Both the position numbers and the translations under genes were made by a program. Below, in pieces: positions 27,841-32,000 of a stretch of 32,000 bases of DNA. Numbering within the stretch: the first letter of the stretch is position 1; each line of letters starts with the position of its first letter. The notes below the pieces were generated by a model. The model made no database searches. It was not told the DNA's origin and saw only the letters and a list, made by a program, of their open reading frames with translations. Origin of the DNA: Halalkalibacterium halodurans (GTDB lineage: Bacteria; Bacillota; Bacilli; Bacillales; Bacillaceae_D). The DNA is taken from positions 20,214 through 52,213 of the forward strand of contig NZ_SNUY01000003.1 of NCBI RefSeq assembly GCF_004376175.1, read 5' to 3'.

Positions 27841-29319
27841 TTGGAAAAGATCGACATTTTCAAAGACATCGCTGAACGTACAGGCGGGGACATCTATCTC
27901 GGTGTCGTGGGGGCTGTACGTACGGGGAAATCTACTTTTATCAAAAAATTCATGGAACTTGTCGTTTTGCCAAACATTGAAAACGAAGCGGATAAAGCGC
28001 GTGCCCAAGACGAACTACCGCAAAGTGCCGCTGGGAAAACGATCATGACAACAGAACCGAAATTTGTTCCGAATCAAGCTGTCTCGATCCATGTCGACGA
28101 AGGTTTGGATGTTAATGTACGATTGGTGGATTGTGTTGGTTATGCTGTTCCTGGAGCAAAAGGCTATGAAGATGAAAATGGTCCACGGATGATTAATACC
28201 CCTTGGTATGAAGAGCCAATTCCGTTCCAAGAAGCGGCGGAAATTGGTACGAGAAAAGTCATTCAAGAGCATTCAACACTTGGGGTAGTCATTACAACAG
28301 ACGGATCGATTGGTGAAATTCCGCGTTATGATTACATTGAGTCAGAAACGAGAGTCATTGAAGAATTAAAAGAAGTAGGTAAACCATTCATTATTGTCAT
28401 CAACAGTGTAAGACCTCATCATCCAGAAACCGAACAGCTCCGCAGGGACTTACAGGAAGAGCATGACATTCCTGTGTTGGCGATGAGCATTGAAAGCATG
28501 GGGGAGCAGGACATTAACAATGTTCTCCGCGAAGTGCTGTTCGAATTTCCAGTTCATGAAGTGAATGTGAATTTGCCGAGCTGGGTGATGGTATTAAAAG
28601 AAGAGCATTGGCTCAGGCAAAACTATGAGCAGTCCGTCCGTGATACTGTGCAAGATATTAAACGGCTCCGCGATGTGGACCGGGTCGTCGGTCACTTTGC
28701 TGAGTATGAGTTTATCGATGATGCCCGTTTAGCCGGAATTGAAATGGGCCAAGGGATTGCGGAAATTGACCTCTATGCACCAGATGATTTGTACGACCAA
28801 ATCTTAAAAGAAGTGGTGGGCGTAGAAATTCGTGGAAAAGATCACTTGCTCCATTTGATGCAGGAATTCGCCCATGCAAAATCTGAATACGATCAAGTAG
28901 CTGATGCCCTTCGGATGGTGAAGCAGACTGGTTACGGCATTGCAGCTCCAGCTTTATCCGATATGAGTCTCGATGAGCCAGAAATCATTCGCCAAGGCTC
29001 TCGGTTCGGGGTACGTCTAAAAGCTGTTGCTCCGTCCATTCATATGATTAAGGTCGATGTGGAGTCTGAATTTGCCCCGATCATCGGCACGGAGAAGCAA
29101 AGCGAAGAGCTCGTTCGCTATTTGATGCAAGATTTTGAGGAAAATCCACTTTCTATTTGGAATTCAGATATCTTTGGCCGATCGTTGAACTCGATTGTTC
29201 GCGAAGGAATCTCTGCAAAACTTTCACTCATGCCAGAAAATGCACGCTACAAGTTGAAAGAAACGTTAGAGAGAATCATCAATGAAGGTTCTGGAGGTTT
29301 AATTGCCATCATCCTCTAA
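27841..29319 (+). CDS. spoIVA: Stage IV sporulation protein A (spore coat morphogenetic ATPase)
   Basis: 492 aa. N-terminus MEKIDIFKDIAERTGGDIYLGVVGAVRTGKSTFIKKFMEL with Walker A, essentially as in B. subtilis SpoIVA. TTG start behind GGGAGGGGA. Confidence 0.97.
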   Translation: MEKIDIFKDIAERTGGDIYLGVVGAVRTGKSTFIKKFMELVVLPNIENEADKARAQDELPQSAAGKTIMTTEPKFVPNQAVSIHVDEGLDVNVRLVDCVGYAVPGAKGYEDENGPRMINTPWYEEPIPFQEAAEIGTRKVIQEHSTLGVVITTDGSIGEIPRYDYIESETRVIEELKEVGKPFIIVINSVRPHHPETEQLRRDLQEEHDIPVLAMSIESMGEQDINNVLREVLFEFPVHEVNVNLPSWVMVLKEEHWLRQNYEQSVRDTVQDIKRLRDVDRVVGHFAEYEFIDDARLAGIEMGQGIAEIDLYAPDDLYDQILKEVVGVEIRGKDHLLHLMQEFAHAKSEYDQVADALRMVKQTGYGIAAPALSDMSLDEPEIIRQGSRFGVRLKAVAPSIHMIKVDVESEFAPIIGTEKQSEELVRYLMQDFEENPLSIWNSDIFGRSLNSIVREGISAKLSLMPENARYKLKETLERIINEGSGGLIAIIL

Positions 29320-29322
29320 ACG

Positions 29323-29358
29323 AAAGAGCTCCCTGCGCAAGGGGGTTCTTTTGCTTTT
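29323..29358 (+). terminator. Terminator-like hairpin after spoIVA
   Basis: AAAGAGCTCCC pairs with GGGGGTTCTTT (11 bp including 2 G-U) around a 7-nt loop, followed by TGCTTTT. Confidence 0.5.
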
Positions 29359-29380
29359 CCTCGTCTAATTGTGCTAAAAT
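29351..29380 (+). promoter_or_regulatory. Putative sigma-A promoter for folE-mtrB (extended -10)
   Basis: TTGCTT (29351-29356), an 18-nt spacer, then TGcTAAAAT (-10 at 29375-29380). Pattern only. Confidence 0.35.
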
Positions 29381-29459
29381 TTGATGGTACTTACCGATCA
29401 GAAAATCAGCTATGGACTCATACCGTCAGTTGATGTGGAAATAGAATGGAGGAACTTCT

Positions 29460-30026
29460 TTGAGCAAGGTAGACCATGAAAAAATTCAACAAGCCGTCGT
29501 GATGATCTTAGAAGCGATTGGAGAAGATCCAGCTCGTGAAGGGTTGGAAGATACGCCGAAACGAGTAGCAAAAATGTACGAAGAAGTGTTTGCAGGGTTG
29601 AACCAAGATCCTAAAGAACACTTTGCGACAATCTTCGGAGAGGATCATGAAGAGCTCGTGTTAGTGAAAGACATTCCGTTCTTCTCCATGTGTGAACACC
29701 ATCTCGTTCCATTTTTCGGGAAGGCTCACGTTGGCTATATCCCAAAAGGTGGAAAAGTGACAGGGTTAAGCAAATTGGCAAGGGCGGTAGAAGCCGTTGC
29801 GAGACGTCCTCAGCTTCAAGAGCGGATTACATCGACCGTTGCAGATGCGCTTGTGGAAACGCTCGAGCCTCACGGTGTGATTGTCGTTGTTGAAGCGGAG
29901 CATATGTGCATGACGATGCGTGGGGTTAAAAAGCCCGGTGCGACCACAGTGACTTCGGCGGTGCGAGGAACGTTTGCTAACGATGCAGCAGCACGGGCAG
30001 AAGTACTTTCGTTAATTAAAGGCTAG
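29460..30026 (+). CDS. folE: GTP cyclohydrolase I
   Basis: 188 aa, nearly colinear with remembered B. subtilis FolE/MtrA ([77 protein letters not shown]). TTG start behind GGAGGAA. Confidence 0.96.
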
Positions 30027-30036
30027 GAGGAGGTTT

Positions 30037-30267
30037 ATGAACGTGGGGGATAACTCAAACTTTTTTGTCATAAAAGCAAAGGAAAACGGTGTGAACGTTT
30101 TTGGGATGACACGTGGGACGGATACACGCTTTCACCACTCAGAAAAGCTGGATAAAGGTGAAGTCATGATCGCACAATTTACCGAACACACGTCAGCGGT
30201 AAAAATTAGAGGAAAGGCGATCATTCAAACAAGCTATGGTACGCTAGATACGGAGAAAGATGAATAA
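30037..30267 (+). CDS. mtrB: trp RNA-binding attenuation protein (TRAP)
   Basis: 76 aa. The core [37 protein letters not shown] matches remembered TRAP almost residue-for-residue. Lies directly downstream of folE, as in the mtrAB operon. Confidence 0.95.
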
Positions 30268-30296
30268 AAGCAGGAGCTGTCCTGCTTTTCTTTTTT
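30267..30296 (+). terminator. Rho-independent terminator after mtrB
   Basis: AAAGCAGGA pairs with TCCTGCTTT around a GCTG loop, followed by TCTTTTTT. Confidence 0.85.
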
Positions 30297-30446
30297 GTGC
30301 ATTTGAGAGGGATCAATCCACTAGCTTATATGCGTGATACAAACGTGGAAGCGCTACCTGATGCATGACAAATTTTGGATTCGAATGAATCATCCTTACA
30401 GCCGCCTAATGGAAAGGGTGAAGTATGAGTAAAATGTTTGTGGGAG

Positions 30447-30501
30447 AAGAAAAAACCTCCTCATCCAAGTAATGGAAATTTCCGTTACTTGGATGAGGAG
30501 G
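30447..30501 (-). terminator. Orphan minus-strand rho-independent terminator (20-bp stem)
   Basis: CCTCCTCATCCAAGTAATGG (30456-30475) pairs with CCGTTACTTGGATGAGGAGG (30482-30501) at 19 Watson-Crick positions, with one position that is a G-U pair on the + strand and a C-A mismatch on the minus strand. The loop is 6 nt. On the minus strand the stem is followed by TTTTTTCTTCT. No T-run follows it on the + strand. Confidence 0.5.
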
Positions 30502-30503
30502 CC

Positions 30504-32000
30504 ACCAAGCGAAAGCGCGGTAGGGTTTAAGCAAAATGCATGAAAAAAGGGTCTCTCCTTGGTAGAATCATAGTCGACAAAAACCCGATTCAAAGGAGAA
30601 ACCCTATGCAAAAGAATAACACAGAATACCCAACTTTAAAAGAACTTGAACAGCTAGTTTGGAGGAAGTTACAGGAAACCTTCTCAAGTGTGATGACCTG
30701 CATACTAGAGGAATATGACGAAGAAATTATGCAACAACGTGATAAGCAACGCTTCCATTATAAAGATAAACGGCCTCTAAAAATAGACAGTTTATTTGGT
30801 GAGATTGAGCTGAAGCGTTCCTACTATCGAGATCGTGAAACAGGGAAATATGTTTATCTCCTTGACCAGTACCTGCAATTTGAGGGGATAAAAGGTTTTA
30901 GCCCTTTGGTAGAAGAAGCCGCGATTGAGCTCGCTGTGACAAGTCCTTCCTACCGAAAGGCATCGAACACGCTTGAGACTCTTCTTGGTTATCGTGTCAT
31001 TAGTCATGAAGCCATTCGCCAACATCTGTTAGAAGTAGAAGCGACGCAGAAAGACCGTCAGCCTATCACACATCCAGTATTGTTTATCGAGGTGGATGGA
31101 CTGTATCTAAAGCGACAAGAGAAACGAATCAAAGGGAAAGAAGAGAAAATCGCAGCGGTTCATCAAGGCTGGGAGGTCAACGGAAAAAGGGTGAGTTTAA
31201 AGGAGAAGCGACATTATGTTCATCGGGGGAAAGAACCGTTTTGGGAGGGGCTTGAGACTTTTCTCATGGAGGCGTTTGACTATGATCCAGCGGTGCATCG
31301 ACTTGTCATTAACGGGGATGGAGCGACTTGGATTACCGCTTGTCGAGACTATTTTCAAGGACGAGCCTTCTTCACGATTGATCGTTTCCATGTGGCACGT
31401 GATATCAGGAGACTGTTTCGAGATCACAGGCGTTATCGAGCCATGCAGAAAGCCCTCGCAAAGTATGATGGAGAAACACTTATAACAGAGCTCAACAGTG
31501 CAGTGGGAACGCTTGAGACAGAAGCGAAAGAAGAGCGTTTAGAGGCGTTGATTCATCAGCTTGAACAGTACCCCGAAGCATTGGGAGATTACAGACAATG
31601 GCTGAAAGATCAGGGGATTGATCCGACAGGGTTCCGCCCAATGGGAAGTGCTGAGGGAACCATGAGTGTTTTTGCGAAACGTTTGAAGAATGGACGAAGT
31701 TGGGTTGAAAAAGGCGCTAGTGCCATGATGACAGCGATGGTTGCGTTAATGGATAAACTCCCTCTCAAAACACTAATGGGACGTGTTGAAGAATGGACAG
31801 AGCCAAAGGAAGAACGTCCTCCCAAGTACTTTCTGGAGAAGGTCGAGAGTACAATTGGTGAAGCGACACGAAATAACATCATGTATCTCAAACAAAGAGC
31901 GAATATTCCAGTTTACCGAGCACTGAAAGACTTGAAAGGCTTTTAAAAGCCCTAAGATTCTTAACAGAGGAGAACCCTAACATTCTGAATTCGCTTACAC
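30504..32000 (+). mobile_element. ISLre2-family insertion sequence (ends approximate; right end at or beyond window edge)
   Basis: Contains an ISLre2-type transposase. Tentative gapped IRs: AAGCGAA-7nt-TAGGGTT at 30507-30527 versus the reverse complement of 31973-31996 (AAGCGAA-10nt-TAGGGTT). The TSD cannot be assessed because the window ends. Confidence 0.6.
30606..31946 (+). CDS. ISLre2-family transposase (UPF0236-type)
   Basis: 446 aa from the ATG at 30606 (RBS AAAGGAGA). LFGEIELKRSYYRDRETGKYVYLLDQ and downstream blocks are typical of ISLre2-family transposases as I remember them. The track start at 30540 lacks an RBS. Confidence 0.85.
   Translation: MQKNNTEYPTLKELEQLVWRKLQETFSSVMTCILEEYDEEIMQQRDKQRFHYKDKRPLKIDSLFGEIELKRSYYRDRETGKYVYLLDQYLQFEGIKGFSPLVEEAAIELAVTSPSYRKASNTLETLLGYRVISHEAIRQHLLEVEATQKDRQPITHPVLFIEVDGLYLKRQEKRIKGKEEKIAAVHQGWEVNGKRVSLKEKRHYVHRGKEPFWEGLETFLMEAFDYDPAVHRLVINGDGATWITACRDYFQGRAFFTIDRFHVARDIRRLFRDHRRYRAMQKALAKYDGETLITELNSAVGTLETEAKEERLEALIHQLEQYPEALGDYRQWLKDQGIDPTGFRPMGSAEGTMSVFAKRLKNGRSWVEKGASAMMTAMVALMDKLPLKTLMGRVEEWTEPKEERPPKYFLEKVESTIGEATRNNIMYLKQRANIPVYRALKDLKGF

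Noticed and set aside
29341-29459. TRAP-binding (G/U)AG triplet repeats or another leader element ahead of folE-mtrB
   Set aside because: I found no run of regularly spaced GAG/TAG triplets. The region is adequately explained by a terminator plus a promoter.
30396-30611. 71-aa minus-strand ORF
   Set aside because: It spans the 20-bp hairpin and the IS end, and it has no RBS. The structure and IR explanation is better.

Overview
This is a Bacillaceae-type chromosomal window, judged from sporulation genes, an S-box riboswitch and TRAP/mtrB. My guess is an IS-rich alkaliphilic Bacillus/Halalkalibacterium-like genome, which I cannot verify without a search.

**Core block (about 5.4-30.3 kb).**
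- ansA and prsW lie at the left edge; ansA is on the minus strand.
- An S-box (SAM-I) riboswitch drives a four-gene methionine operon, metI-metC-yitJ-metH.
- Next comes sleB-ypeB-ypfA(motI)-cmk-plsC-rpsA-(yphA-like)-der-plsY-gpsA-(spoVIF-like)-(yphE/yphF-like)-spoIVA-folE-mtrB.
- Everything after ansA is on the + strand.

**Accessory segment (left ~4 kb).** It is clearly AT-richer than the core. It holds a partial ACR3/BASS-like transporter on the minus strand, which the ORF track misses because it runs off the window. A flavin-monooxygenase-like gene diverges from it.

**Insertion sequences.** Three different, apparently intact elements are present:
- IS256-family, 794-2415, with 27-nt IRs and an 8-bp TSD.
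- IS4/IS5-type, 3955-5427, with 12-bp perfect IR tips and a 7-bp TSD.
- ISLre2-family, from about 30.5 kb to the window end.

I saw no rRNA, tRNA, CRISPR array or recognisable defence/toxin system.

**Most unusual observations.**
- A compact, GC-rich 176-nt three-way-junction fold in the long 3' tail of the IS256-family element.
- A perfect 81-bp in-frame tandem duplication in the sleB linker.
- An orphan 20-bp hairpin terminator abutting the ISLre2 end.
- No hbs between spoIVA and folE.
- A 480-bp ORF-free, inverted-repeat-rich spacer upstream of spoIVA.

I found no convincing novel multi-gene system. The IS-borne structure is the best candidate for something undescribed.
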